Origin: Cladosporium halotolerans
Taxonomy: Eukaryota
Direction: 5' to 3'
Assembly: GCF_011745625.1 (NCBI RefSeq)
Contig: NW_027191466.1
Coordinates: 186,001-250,000 of the forward strand
DNA: 64,000 bases
In this document: in pieces, positions 34,821-46,065 of the stretch
Layout: every line of letters begins with the position of its first letter
Numbering within the stretch: the stretch's first letter is position 1
Position numbers and translations under genes: made by a program
Notes under the pieces: generated by a model
What the model was told of the DNA's origin: nothing
The model's input: only the letters and a program-made list of their open reading frames with translations
Database searches by the model: none

Positions 34821-37073
34821 ATGTCCTACAATTATGGTGCACCTCCTGGTGCCTATGGCGGGCGTCAGCCGAGCTACGGTGCTCCAGGCATAGCGCCGCC
34901 TGGCATGGACGCGCCTCCTGCCGCTCAGAACCAATTCCAACCTCCGACAAATATTCCTCCAGGGATCAATTTCAATGCGCCCGTGATCAGACTGGGGGTT
35001 GACCAGCCGAATGCGCCAACTGCAGATCGTGGATCACGCGACGGCAGAGGAAACGCCGACTCTTTAGGCGGCAACAGCAGGAGAGCCGGCCTCGGTGCCG
35101 ATGGCGGCAGCAGGAATCTTGAGCGCGACCGCGCGCAGATTCGCGAAAGCATGTTGGCTATCCAGCAGCCGACCCGAGAGGAAGTGGCACGGACGATTTT
35201 TGTGGGCGGAATCGGAAACGACGCGCCTGAGGACGAGGCTATTGAGAACATTCTACGGTGCGCCGGCAAGCTGCGTCGCTGGACTAGAGCGCGAGACGCT
35301 GACGACAAGAAGTGCAAGTTCGGCTTTGCGGAGTACGAAGATGTCGATTCGCTCGAGGCTGCCAACGAGCTGTTTGGAGACGGCATTGAGGTGCCGGCCT
35401 TCAAGGCTCGTCAAGTGATCCGCCATGGAGAGAACAATGAAGTCAAGTTCACGAAGCTCACGGTCATTGTCGACGAGCAGAGCCAAAAGTATATCGAGGA
35501 GTGGACGAGCAAACGGAACGAGGACGAGGATGCGCGTCAGTTCCGCCTCGACGGTTGCAAGGAAGATTTGCGCCAGTGCCTCACATCACTTACAAATGCC
35601 GATGCCTTCATGGCGAATTCTGCCGCGAACGGAGAGCAGGATGGTCCCGCAGACGAATCCAATGCAGAAAAGAAGGGGGGTGACAGCGCTGAGGTCGTCA
35701 ACATTACGCTGAACGGACAGGGCGAAGACGATCTTGCAGACGTTCCAGAGGATATGCGTGCGACTGTGGCTGCGGAGATTCTGGCCTTCCGTGACCGCTC
35801 AAACAGACGTGATCTTGACCGGCTGAGGCAGGAGGAGGAGATGGAGCAGAAGGAACGCCAACGCGCGATGGGAAGCCGTCTCAGTCGGCTGTCTTCGCCT
35901 CCCAGGGGTACCCCAAACGATGGGATTCCTTCTGGGCCGCGTGATCGTACCGCTGGACCTTCAGGTGCGCCGTCTGGGCCGAAAGGTTACCGCAGTGTAC
36001 AGATGCCGTCTGATTACGCTAATGGTGTTGGATTCGTTGGTGCCAATGGCGCGGGAAATGGCATCTCACTGAATCGCGAAGACGAGGACGCAGAAGAAAG
36101 CGACGAAGAGCTTGAGGCGCGACGCCGCAAGAAGCGGGAGGATGAACTTGAGAAGCAATATCTGGACCAAGAGCGCAAATGGTTGAATCGCGAGCGCGTG
36201 TCTGCTAGTGCCAGGCAGCGCGATCGTGACAACGAGGCAAGGTCGAAAGAGCAGAGAGACCGTCAGAAGGATGCCATGATCAAAAGGCTACGGGAGTGGA
36301 ATGACGACGAAGAGAATCGTCTTGGCCATGAAGAGTACTACGTTGATCGATCGGCTTGGCTGCGCAAGCGTGCTGCCTATCGCGACAATGAATCTCGCCG
36401 CGATGATTCTGATCGCGCCAACGAGATGCGTGAACAGTCTGACCAGCAAGTTCGCGATGCCGAAGCTCGTGGCCAGGCGGATGCTTTTCTTGACCAGCTG
36501 GACAGCGAGCTTACGAGCAGATCTGCTGCAGAACCTGCCGGACCTGGAAAAGCTTTCAAACTCAACCTTGGAGCTGCCAAAAACAAGGCTTCTGCCGCTA
36601 CCACAGGTGCTGGCTCCCGGCGCACCGTTGCCGAGCTGGAAGGACTTCTCGAAGACGAGGAGGGAAGACGCAAGACTGCTCTCAAGCCACTCACCGACAC
36701 TTCTACACTTCCGACCAACGGTGCGGACCTTAGCGATGAAGACCGCGCTGCCGCCCGACAACAGCTCGCTGGTGAGATTCCGACTGACACCGAAGCATTG
36801 TTTGCCTACAAGGTACGCTGGTCCTCGCTGTCATCAGAGAACATCGAAACGCAGATTCGCCCGATGGTTGAGAAGAAGGTGGTCGAATATTTGGGCGTGC
36901 AGGAGGAACTGCTCGTTCACGCCGTCGTTGATGGCATCAAGGATCAGCGCGCTCCGGAGGAGCTGGTTGGAGAGCTCGAGCCCGCACTGGAGGAAGAAGC
37001 TAAGGTTCTCGTGAAGAAAGTGTGGAGATTGGTCGTGTTCCTCAGTGAAAGCGAAGGTAGAGGGCTGAACTGA
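34821..37073 (+). CDS. SNU71: U1 snRNP-associated RRM + PWI protein (Snu71/RBM25/Usp107)
   Basis: RRM (TIFVGGI..CKFGFAEYED), charged coiled coil, REWNDD, PWI domain (EIPTD..LFAY..IRPMVEKKVVEYLGVQEE..VKKVWRLVVF). Confidence 0.9.
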   Translation: MSYNYGAPPGAYGGRQPSYGAPGIAPPGMDAPPAAQNQFQPPTNIPPGINFNAPVIRLGVDQPNAPTADRGSRDGRGNADSLGGNSRRAGLGADGGSRNLERDRAQIRESMLAIQQPTREEVARTIFVGGIGNDAPEDEAIENILRCAGKLRRWTRARDADDKKCKFGFAEYEDVDSLEAANELFGDGIEVPAFKARQVIRHGENNEVKFTKLTVIVDEQSQKYIEEWTSKRNEDEDARQFRLDGCKEDLRQCLTSLTNADAFMANSAANGEQDGPADESNAEKKGGDSAEVVNITLNGQGEDDLADVPEDMRATVAAEILAFRDRSNRRDLDRLRQEEEMEQKERQRAMGSRLSRLSSPPRGTPNDGIPSGPRDRTAGPSGAPSGPKGYRSVQMPSDYANGVGFVGANGAGNGISLNREDEDAEESDEELEARRRKKREDELEKQYLDQERKWLNRERVSASARQRDRDNEARSKEQRDRQKDAMIKRLREWNDDEENRLGHEEYYVDRSAWLRKRAAYRDNESRRDDSDRANEMREQSDQQVRDAEARGQADAFLDQLDSELTSRSAAEPAGPGKAFKLNLGAAKNKASAATTGAGSRRTVAELEGLLEDEEGRRKTALKPLTDTSTLPTNGADLSDEDRAAARQQLAGEIPTDTEALFAYKVRWSSLSSENIETQIRPMVEKKVVEYLGVQEELLVHAVVDGIKDQRAPEELVGELEPALEEEAKVLVKKVWRLVVFLSESEGRGLN

Positions 37074-37275
37074 GCCGTCGCCTCGACTTGGAGGGTAAAA
37101 TTAGCTTAATATGGGGGCAGAATTGGTTCAAGCATGCGCGCTGTATCGCGGAGAGGGTAGCATTAGTCACAAACGATGGGAAAGAGCCTCGAGGTAGTGA
37201 AGTAGCACGAGCCTTGGGTATCTAGTTCCCTGAAATCATAACTCCTTCGATGACTGCCAGTAGTCTCTCAATCGT

Positions 37276-37974
37276 TCACACATCAGGCCAGAAGCCCTTC
37301 TCGGCCCAAAGCACCTGTCTCCAAACCTCCTCGCACTCGCCCCACTCCCAGCCTCCCTCCTCCATTGAAGCACCGAACTTGTTCACTAGCCCTCCAATTC
37401 TCCTGACAAAGGCCTCAAACTCCGACGAACTCCAATTGGGGATGAAGACGCGCTGCATGACATCCTTATCCTTCGCCGCCAGCGCATGGTCCATCTTCGA
37501 CCACGCATGTCTCCAGGAGCGCAAGTAGCATTCTTCAGTCGCCCACAGCGCCACGAGAGAGACAACGAGCGGTCTCGACGGAGCCGCGGCGCCAGCGAAC
37601 AAGTCTTGGTACGCGCGCGTCTGAGGCGTAGGAATAGCGTCGCAGATGTCGTCCAGCCAGCCTTCCGCGGCCGCAGTATCCTCGAACAGCTTCAACTCTC
37701 TCTTGATGTTAACCAGCGCATCGATCAACAGGTCTGCGACGCGCCACTCCAACGTGTTGTCTCGCTGCGTGGTTCCGGGAATGGGCAGGCGGGACAGCAT
37801 GGTTCCCATGAAGTTCACGTAACTCATGGCGTACAGCCGGTCCTGAGCCAGCCATGTCTTGAGGTGGGCAGGCGAGAGCTGAGACGTCGCTGCAGCGGCC
37901 AGAAATGGGTGCTGAGTCGCTTCGAGCAAGGGCAAAGGCTCAAGGCCGATGAGGTGAGAAGTTAGAGAGGGCAT
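37276..37974 (-). CDS. TenA/THI-4/PQQC (heme-oxygenase-like) family protein, TenA_E-like
   Basis: ATQHPFL, WLAQDRLY, NIKRELKLF, LWATEECYLRSW, FIPNWSS.EF, WAEKGFWP. Confidence 0.87.
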   Translation of the reverse strand: MPSLTSHLIGLEPLPLLEATQHPFLAAAATSQLSPAHLKTWLAQDRLYAMSYVNFMGTMLSRLPIPGTTQRDNTLEWRVADLLIDALVNIKRELKLFEDTAAAEGWLDDICDAIPTPQTRAYQDLFAGAAAPSRPLVVSLVALWATEECYLRSWRHAWSKMDHALAAKDKDVMQRVFIPNWSSSEFEAFVRRIGGLVNKFGASMEEGGWEWGECEEVWRQVLWAEKGFWPDV

Positions 37975-38464
37975 GTTTGCGCCGCAAAGTAAGGCAGAGG
38001 CTTCTTGCGAGGTTGCGACACAAAAGGTCAAACTGGCGAGGAGGTAGTACTTGCCAACATTCTTCGCGGAGCCATGTTTCCAACGGCCCTCTACGTAATC
38101 AGCCCACGCCCCGCCCACGCGAAGTCGGAGTGAGGTCTGGTGCGATTCGGAGCCAGAGGCTGGGCGGTTCGCGCTAAACGTCTGCAGGTTGGGACCAGCC
38201 ATACCGCTTGCGGTCGAGGCCCCACCATCATGATCATTATTCAGATCCTCCAGATCTTCCAGGAATTGATCTAATAGACTTGTCCGTTCTCTTCAAGCGA
38301 ACGTTTTGGATAGCGAAAAACATACACGATGCAGTAACATGAGTCTTGTGGAGGGGTAATACCTTCAATGACAATATACGGAAGATAGATCCATCATCGA
38401 AAATGCTATTTTGCCCGCCACTTCAGCATCCCCATTCCAATCACGCAATATTCTATCTCTCCAG

Positions 38465-39337
38465 CTACTCAGATGGCTCATCTTTGAAGACCTGGTCGTA
38501 ATCGGCAACACTTCGTCTAGGCCGTGCTGATTTCCGTCGGGCCCTGTCATTCTCCGCTCTTCTCGAGTCTCTGCGGGAAGACTGACGGCCACGGGACCCC
38601 ACGCCAGACAACATGCTGTTAGAAGTCACAGAGCTTTGCCTTCGCTGACTTGCAATTTGGCTCGACATGCGAGTCGATCTGGGATTGCGAGGTACCTCTT
38701 TGACGTCTTTGAGCCATTCCGGCGGTTCGTCCCCTTGGACTTCGTAGCGTTTTCCTTTCCAGAGGTAGGTCTTCTTGGGCGGCTCCTCGTCGGTCGAGCG
38801 AAGAGGGTCAAAACCAGCTTTACCGTTGACCTCGAGCTCCTTGGGGACTTTCACAATGTCCCCGAGATCAGACCTTGATGCGTCAGTGGTGGACGTCTCA
38901 GTGGATACGATTATAGCTGGAGGCCCCTTTCGCGGCACATTGCCTGATAGTTTTGCTGGCGTCGACGATCGGGTCTTCATCTGACTGTTTTCGGGAGTGA
39001 CACTGCTGTTTTCTTGCATGCTGTCCCTGCGCTTCTCAGCTTTGAGCCGAGGACTAGGTGGAAGATCGTGGTCGTAACCCGTCAGGCGTGTGGCAAGCGC
39101 AGCATCTTGGGCCGCAACGGCATCAGGAGCTTCGAAGTGGGGGCTTTTGTAGACGTTCATGCGGTTACCATCCGCTGTGCCGACTAGAAATGCCGCAGAG
39201 TGCTCAGGTGGCTCCTGGGGCATAAGGATTCTGACAGCTGTATCGCCATCCTGTCCACGTCTCCAGCTGGGTCTTGCCTCGGATGTGGCCGGAAAAGGAC
39301 AATCCCATCGATGATGTGGCACAGGATAGTCCCCCAT
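38465..39337 (-). CDS. Hypothetical low-complexity S/R/P-rich protein (290 aa), apparently with 5'UTR introns
   Basis: 290-codon ORF; an intron with GTGAGA/GCTGAC/TAG signals (39356-39409) sits just upstream of the ATG. No recognisable domain. Confidence 0.6.
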   Translation of the reverse strand: MGDYPVPHHRWDCPFPATSEARPSWRRGQDGDTAVRILMPQEPPEHSAAFLVGTADGNRMNVYKSPHFEAPDAVAAQDAALATRLTGYDHDLPPSPRLKAEKRRDSMQENSSVTPENSQMKTRSSTPAKLSGNVPRKGPPAIIVSTETSTTDASRSDLGDIVKVPKELEVNGKAGFDPLRSTDEEPPKKTYLWKGKRYEVQGDEPPEWLKDVKEVPRNPRSTRMSSQIASQRRQSSVTSNSMLSGVGSRGRQSSRRDSRRAENDRARRKSARPRRSVADYDQVFKDEPSE

Positions 39338-41607
39338 TGAATATGCAGCGAAGCTCTAAGAATCGCGGTCAGCTATATTTCCTGAAGGATGCAGCCAGTG
39401 GTTTCTCACTCGATCTCTCCTGAGCTTTCCAAGGTGTGATAACGATGATTAAACTTTGTGTAAGAGCTCCAATTTCGAGACGTACGCTTTGTGAAGCGTG
39501 AGAAATGTGTTTATGGTGCAGTTGAATATGCCAGGCGTGATATGCGATCTGATGTGTATTTGGGTTGAGATTGTGGCAATCCGGGGTGCGGGAGAAAGAC
39601 GGCGGTGATCTACCAATGTTGCAATTTAAGCGTCAAAGATGTTTCGGACAACCAAAGATGTAGGTGAAGTGCGTGAATTCGAGACAAAGGAGGCTGTGAC
39701 TGGGTTCAAGGCAACGAGCTACACAGCGCCACGTGAGATGTTCCACCCTGGTCGACGTGGCTATGGCTATGGCGTGGCGCCAGCCTAGTCAAAGTGAAAA
39801 TCACGCGTCGAGACAACAACTTCATCTGTCACGAAACAATTATACTCGACTTGGGTCAAACGCACGAATTCGCCCATGTAACTTTTTGAGTGCCCGTTGC
39901 TCGTGCTTTCGTCCTGATGATCGCGAGCTTGCCCGGGGCTGAGCATTACATGTGCGCTTCTAGTCTTCGCGCACCAATTGCGGTCGTTACCGCACTAGAT
40001 CTGTCACATAGTTAATAAAGAGCGCCTTTCATCGGAAATAGACGTGTTGACACGTGAGTAACCGGAGTCGAGTGCTACACGAATACAGTCACTGCCAGCC
40101 TGGCTTCAGGCCGAACTAGCTCACGTTTGCAAACATCAGGCGACGTCCGCTCAGCAAGTTTTTCACATTCTTTCTCCTTTCATTGACACGCACGAAGGTG
40201 GTCTCAGTCAGAAGGCTTCGATTTCCCGGGCACAAAGCCCACAGCAGACACCAAATGTCTAATCCGCCTTGTAGAGATGTTCGTCAAATTGGACGACCGT
40301 CGGCAATTGAATGAATCAACTAGATCTCCCACTTTCCAGTGCGCTCAAGAAAATTATCAGCAGCTTTCCCAAGAGCCAGAAGGAAACACTCGAGTGATCC
40401 GAGATTTTCAAGCGAGGCAGATCACAAGAAAAAGCACCACATTGTTTTGCGATGATTTTCTTGAGGTAAAGCAAGCTTCTCATAACGTGCACTCGCACAT
40501 TGTCGTGCCATCTTGCTCCGGCTGCCGCAAAATACGCCCAAGTAATACCAGCAACATAGATCTGTAAGTAGGCTGCCGTAAATGTACTAAAGGTAGAAGC
40601 AAGATACGGTCTGTCGTCTTTGGTGGGGCTGTCACGTAGTGTTCTCATGTGTATTATGTTGAGAAGCGCCCACGCTCCGAAAGACTCAATCCTGCTGCCT
40701 TCACATAAGCGAGGGAGGCTATGACACACGAGGACTTTGGGTCTCGCAGAAGCGGCTTCGCCAGATCGAATGAACATCGCTCAGACTTACGCGTCGAACC
40801 ATGCCTGGACTCGCAAGCAATTACCCAAACTCCATTGGCAAGGTGAGAGTCGAAGTCGGAGACGTGCGTGTATTCATAATTTGACCAGTCTCCACAAGAG
40901 CACTGCGCTACTGGGAATGGTTATTGTTCAAAGCTGAGCCGCACGCCCTCCTCTACTATGGGACAGGCAGTATTTTGCAAATGTCATGCTTGCGGTCTCG
41001 GTCGCATGCCATCTTCCGCGATGTTTTTCTGCGGTAGAGGTGGGGCCGGCCCGGGCTTTGTCGTGTCCAGAGAGAAGCTTGGGGGCTCGAAAGATACAGT
41101 ATTACATGACTGCACTATAGCACAGCGGCTAGAGCTCAAAGCGTGCCGTACACCGCTCACTAGGGCTACCAGTTTCCTGCTGAACCCTGAGCAAACACGA
41201 TCTGTAGGATGGGTCAGCTCTGGGACTTTCTTGTTGCACCAATAGGATCCATCCTGAATAAACCGAATGCGCTCCTCCTGATCCATTTGCAGTAAGTGCG
41301 GGATGATGGCCTTGTAGGCGCGCAGGGTGTTGTTCGCCTGTGCCATAGACGTTCCCTGTTAGCAGAAGTTCCTGAAGTCAAAACCAGCTACTGGTCCGTG
41401 CGGCGACTTTGCCGGCACGCCAACAACATCCACCTCCTTTTAGATTGCCGCCGCATGTATATAGCACCGTCCGTGTCGCAGGTGACGCCAGCATCATCAT
41501 GTAATTGTTTCGCTATAGGGACTGAAGAACAAGTCTATTGCTCCTACCTCCAAGCCGTGTCTCATACCTCCCCTCAACTGTTCAACACCAACTCCACCGT
41601 AAGCGAC

Positions 41608-42327
41608 ATGGCTGGCCACGAGCATTCCCACTCCGTTGCGGACAAGGAGGTTGAAGTTCCTGACTGGGAGCACAATCCCGATGGAAACGAGAATGACACC
41701 TCAGCGAAGCCCTCGGCGTCTATCGTGGTTACAATGCGACAAAAACTGGACTCAATAATGCCCTCGCGCAAGAAATACCTCGGCATGCGGAGGAAACTCT
41801 TCCTGATAGTCCTGCTCGCATCAACATTGGCGTTGCTCGCTATCGTTATCGGTCTGTCTGTCGGATTGACTCAAGGATCGAAGTACATAGCCTTGTCTTA
41901 AGCTTGGCAATCTACGACTGACTGTTTGTGTAGATCCAAGAACCTGCCTCTTCCGTCGAACGCGCAAACTTTCACAGGTGACCTCACCTACTACCAGCCT
42001 GGGCTTGGTGCCTGTGGTCTGACCAACACCGACGCTGACGACATTGTTTCTGTCTCGCACTTTCTATTCGATGCGGCAGGCAGTTCCAGCTCGACTGGCG
42101 GCAACTCCAATCACAACCCGTTGTGTGGGCTCATGCTGCGCGCGGAGCGCTTTGATGAAGACCGCGGAGAGCGAAGAAGTGTAGACTTGAAGGTCGTGGA
42201 CCGCTGCACAGGCTGTGAGCCGGATGATCTCGATGTGACAATCACCGCATTTGAGAAGCTCGCGTCAAGTGAGAAAGGGAGGGTGAGTGTCAGTTGGGCT
42301 TGGCTTGACTCGGAGTCTTCAGGTTAG
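41608..42327 (+). CDS. Type II membrane-anchored RlpA-like double-psi beta-barrel / expansin-like (Asp f 7-like) protein; exons 41608-41882, 41934-42327
   Basis: KKYLGMRRK plus a TM helix, then FTGDLTYYQPGLGACG..IVSVS..NPLCG..VVDRCTGCEPDDLDVT..AFEKLA..GRVSVSWAW. Confidence 0.9.
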
Positions 42328-43186
42328 GCATGAATGGTATCGAGAGCTTGTCCTGCTGGTCTCCAGCAAGTATTCCAGCGTTCTGCGTCCTTATCGCGTG
42401 GTTGCAAAACGTTTTGAGGAAGCTGTGCTCGGAACGCTCAATTGATTTCACAGGTACCTCGCGAGCGAAAGCACCCCCATGACATATCGCGAACCGCGTA
42501 TGAATATACTAGGAAGATTCTGGTTATGACGCGAAGGTGCCTTGAAGTTTGTTTCTCGGCGTGCGCTATTTGTCTGTGGGAGTCGCTCAGGTGCCCTGAC
42601 AGGAGGGTTGATCGCACCAAATGTAATAGTTGCAGGTGGAAATCGTGCTTTCGGGAGCAGTGACAGCGGTTCGCTACGGATGCAGGTCACAGAAGACGTG
42701 AAAAAGGCTACACACGGCTGCCTCCACGCCTTCTGTCTCTCGGGATAGGGCGCCGGTCTTGCCTGATTGCATGTGACTGACACAGTGAGGTCGAAAAAGC
42801 TTATTTTGATTTGCGAGCGCGCCTGCCGTCGCTTTTCTATGCAGTCGCAGCAGCCTCTCAACTTGCAGCACCTTCTTTTCACGACCAGATTCGACTCCAT
42901 CACTCGAAATTTCTCTCACCCGTGCAGTTGCCACTGTTCCAAGCTGCGTAACACCCACACGACACGACTATCACTGCACATCAGCCTGGGAAGCCCCTAC
43001 AACACGCGCACCTCCAGTCCCTTCACGCCCAACGTTGTACGCCGCCACTGCAGTGAGGACTGGTCACTTCACATTGGAGCCTTTCGCGACAGAAACTTGC
43101 ACTGTACATCATCATAACCTATTACCAACTCAATGCACTCGACCGGAGCACTCTAAGCCTCAGCTTGATCCGCGTCTCACCTAGCC

Positions 43187-46065
43187 ATGGGCTTCTACAA
43201 AGATCTCAACAAGGACAAGAGTTATCACAGGGCGAATTTTTTATGCGCAGCGATCGCACTCGCAGCATTATGCAGCGTTTACCCGGTAGCGTGCTTCAAG
43301 AAATTCAGCGGGAAGGAGAAAGCAAAGATGAAAGCAGAACTGGCGGAGCTGGAGCGGCAGCAGCAGGAGGACAGCGAATGGGAGAGAAATCACCGCCCAA
43401 GACGAGCGAGGCATCGGTCACATTCACCACCCCGAACTTCTCACCGCCCACATCGCCATCGCCGCCATTCCTCGGCGAGATCGCCACCAAATTACCCACT
43501 CGAAACCATGACCAACCGTCAACCAAGCTTCCCGGTACATCAACAGTAGGACTACGAGATTGGGGATCCCATGAAGCCTCGCAGGACCCACACGACCGAC
43601 CGAGCCTTAGATCGGGAGAGATTCGAGCGCCATGGTGGGCATCCTCCTCCGAGGAAATATCACTGAAGTTCATGGGAAGGGGTCTTGGGGCCGATGCCCT
43701 AGGCTCAAGCAAAGAATCTTCGGAAGAGCAGTCCCGCAGATCTTCAACACCTATTCAGCAGGACATGGGAAATACCCACCATACATTCTCTGATCCATTC
43801 GCGACCAAAGCCAGAGCAACTGCGGAGGTATCAACTGCATCTGACCAAGCTGCGACAATTTTCAACACGAAACCCTTCGAACACACCCCATCAAATACAT
43901 CGAGCTCGGAATCCTCGACGCCTAGCTCTGCTGCATCGAGCTTTGCTTACCAGTTGCGGCGTAGAGTTGACATGCGACTCTTGCGCAAGCGGTACAGGCC
44001 GTCTCAGCACAGGAAAAAACATGCTATCGCGAAGGTCAAAACTTCGCCACCCCTACGTTCCCCTACGTATGGCATACCGAAGGTTGTGGAAGACAGTCGT
44101 GATAGCAATTGCGTCGATGAAAGACAGCACAAGAATTACGAAGCACTTGAGGCATATCTAGACAAGTCCGCAAAGGCAGCGGTCAAGTCGCTGAAGTTAC
44201 CACCGCCCAAGCAGCCGCGAAGATCTCCGAACAGTAGCCCGGGAAAACGTTCAAGAGACTGCTCGCCAGGGCATAGATCATCGTCACCAGCATCGGCACG
44301 CTCGAAGCCTGTCAAGCAGAAGCGGCCGGGCATTCTGCGATCGTCGGCCTCACTCGATGTCACGGAGCTGCCAACTTTACCCTTTGTCCGAGCAAAACGT
44401 CCATCTTTATCTCTGTCCAAGAATTCGAGTCAAGGCTCCGCAGAGACGGCTCGTGCGGCGCGCTCGTCGAGCGCAGGAAAATATACCAGCTCATCCTGCC
44501 GGCAAACCCCAATAAGTCCGTTGACGCGCGACCCTTTACCGTCAACGCCGCAATCTGCCGATACAGGGAAGTCAGAAACAAATCCATTCCAGACCGACGA
44601 TAACTACTTCTCAACGTTGCGCACAAAGATCACAAGTCGCCAAGCATTCACGCCGACGCTCTCCCCAATGGAACCCGACCAGCCTAGCCTCGATCCTCGT
44701 ACAACAGAGCAACCAGGCCTGCAAGGTAGTACAGAAGTTTCAGTGGAGCAGGGGCCAGGAATGAGCCCTGACGCAATGGAAAAGCGACAGAAGCGTGGGA
44801 GCATCTTCAGCATCTTTGGATTGCCGGTGCCTGGGAAGAGTTCAATACCAAATACACTTGAAAATTCTGACCGGACACCTCACGATTCTCCCGCTGGGCG
44901 AGCACCAGACACTGCGAATCAAGCATCTGAGGAATCTCTGAAGAAGTTCCAGAGACGCCTATCCAACGATCATCCGCTTCCGCCCTACTTTGCACGTCCC
45001 AAACGGCGTCAGGCTAATTCCGACGTCTCGCCATCTCCAATGTTATCGCCAGCGAGTACCAATACCCGCGAGTCAGCGTTCTCGAAAATCCCGCATTCAC
45101 GAGACGCAAGTGATGAGCTCGGCCCAATCTCTCCGTTCACTCCGCTTCCTCCCCTGCGCGAAGACTATGACCGAAACAGAAGGGTGTCTATCGAGATTCC
45201 TGGCACGCCTGGCATACACCATCGACCGTCAGACACACCCGCTCCATCCCCCGTCCATGACATCGTGAAACTACCTCCTGCGCCAGTCCAGTGCACTGAC
45301 AAGGAGGATACCACTGCTGTATCGATCGGTAGACCGGAACTCATCCGTAGGCTCTCCTTCCGGTCAAGAGCTCCCAGTGGTCAACAAATAGGGCCGGATC
45401 CTCCGTCATGCGAGCCGGGTCCTGCTCGCAAGCGCTCTAGCGTATACCGCAACATCTTACCAGAACTCAACGCCATCGCAAGCCATCGCAAAGCATCCGC
45501 CAGTAGCGGCGAGCGCATCGCCCGCTTCGCAAGGCGACGGCGCTCAGCCATCACACCCATCACCCGACAGGCCACCTTCACTAGCACAACCAGCAAACCC
45601 GTCAAGCGCACTTTCACCCTATTCAAAAGAACAAACACCACCAGCACTTCCCTCGCCCTGGCCCTGGACCCCCGAGAATAGGATCTGACCGTGACGGGCT
45701 TCAGCCAGACGCCCTTCGCGCAGCGCTACCACGACGAGAAGCGCAGCGAGCAGGCGCTGATGCGCTCGCACATCAGCAAGGCGAACGCCGAGGACGACTC
45801 GGACGGCGACGACGCGCCCGCCCTGCTGCGCATGCACGTTCCGGACCACCTGCCCGGCAGCCCACTGTGTCCCATCGAGCCGACGAATCACCAGAGCGGC
45901 GGCAGGAGCATTTGTCCTCTGCACGGCAGCCGCAAGAGCATGCTGGCCAGCGCGCAGAAGCGGAAAAGCAAGGTCGGCGGAGGGCAGAGGGGGAGTCTTA
46001 CAGGGGCGGTGAAGAGGGAGCCGGAGATTGTTTTTGACAGTGGCGATGGTGATGGGAGGCTTTGA
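43187..46065 (+). CDS. Hypothetical, largely disordered protein locus with uncertain structure: short TM/coiled-coil ORF from 43187, long S/P/R-rich ORF to TAG 45679-45681, and in-frame continuation to 46065
   Basis: ORFs 43187-43549, 43165-45681 and 45682-46065; the last two share a frame and are separated by one TAG. The C-terminal part carries VPDHLPGSPLCP..HQSGGRSICPLHG, a Cys/His motif I recall from fungal hypothetical proteins. Confidence 0.65.

Noticed and set aside
37975..38300. Possible TPP riboswitch upstream of the TenA-family gene
   Set aside because: I could not find the conserved aptamer elements or a host intron. An Rfam TPP covariance search would settle it.
40277..41346. ORFs 40984-41346 (-) and 40316-40777 (-) in a 2.3-kb gap
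   Set aside because: No domain motifs or convincing splice model. A small orphan gene cannot be excluded without RNA-seq.
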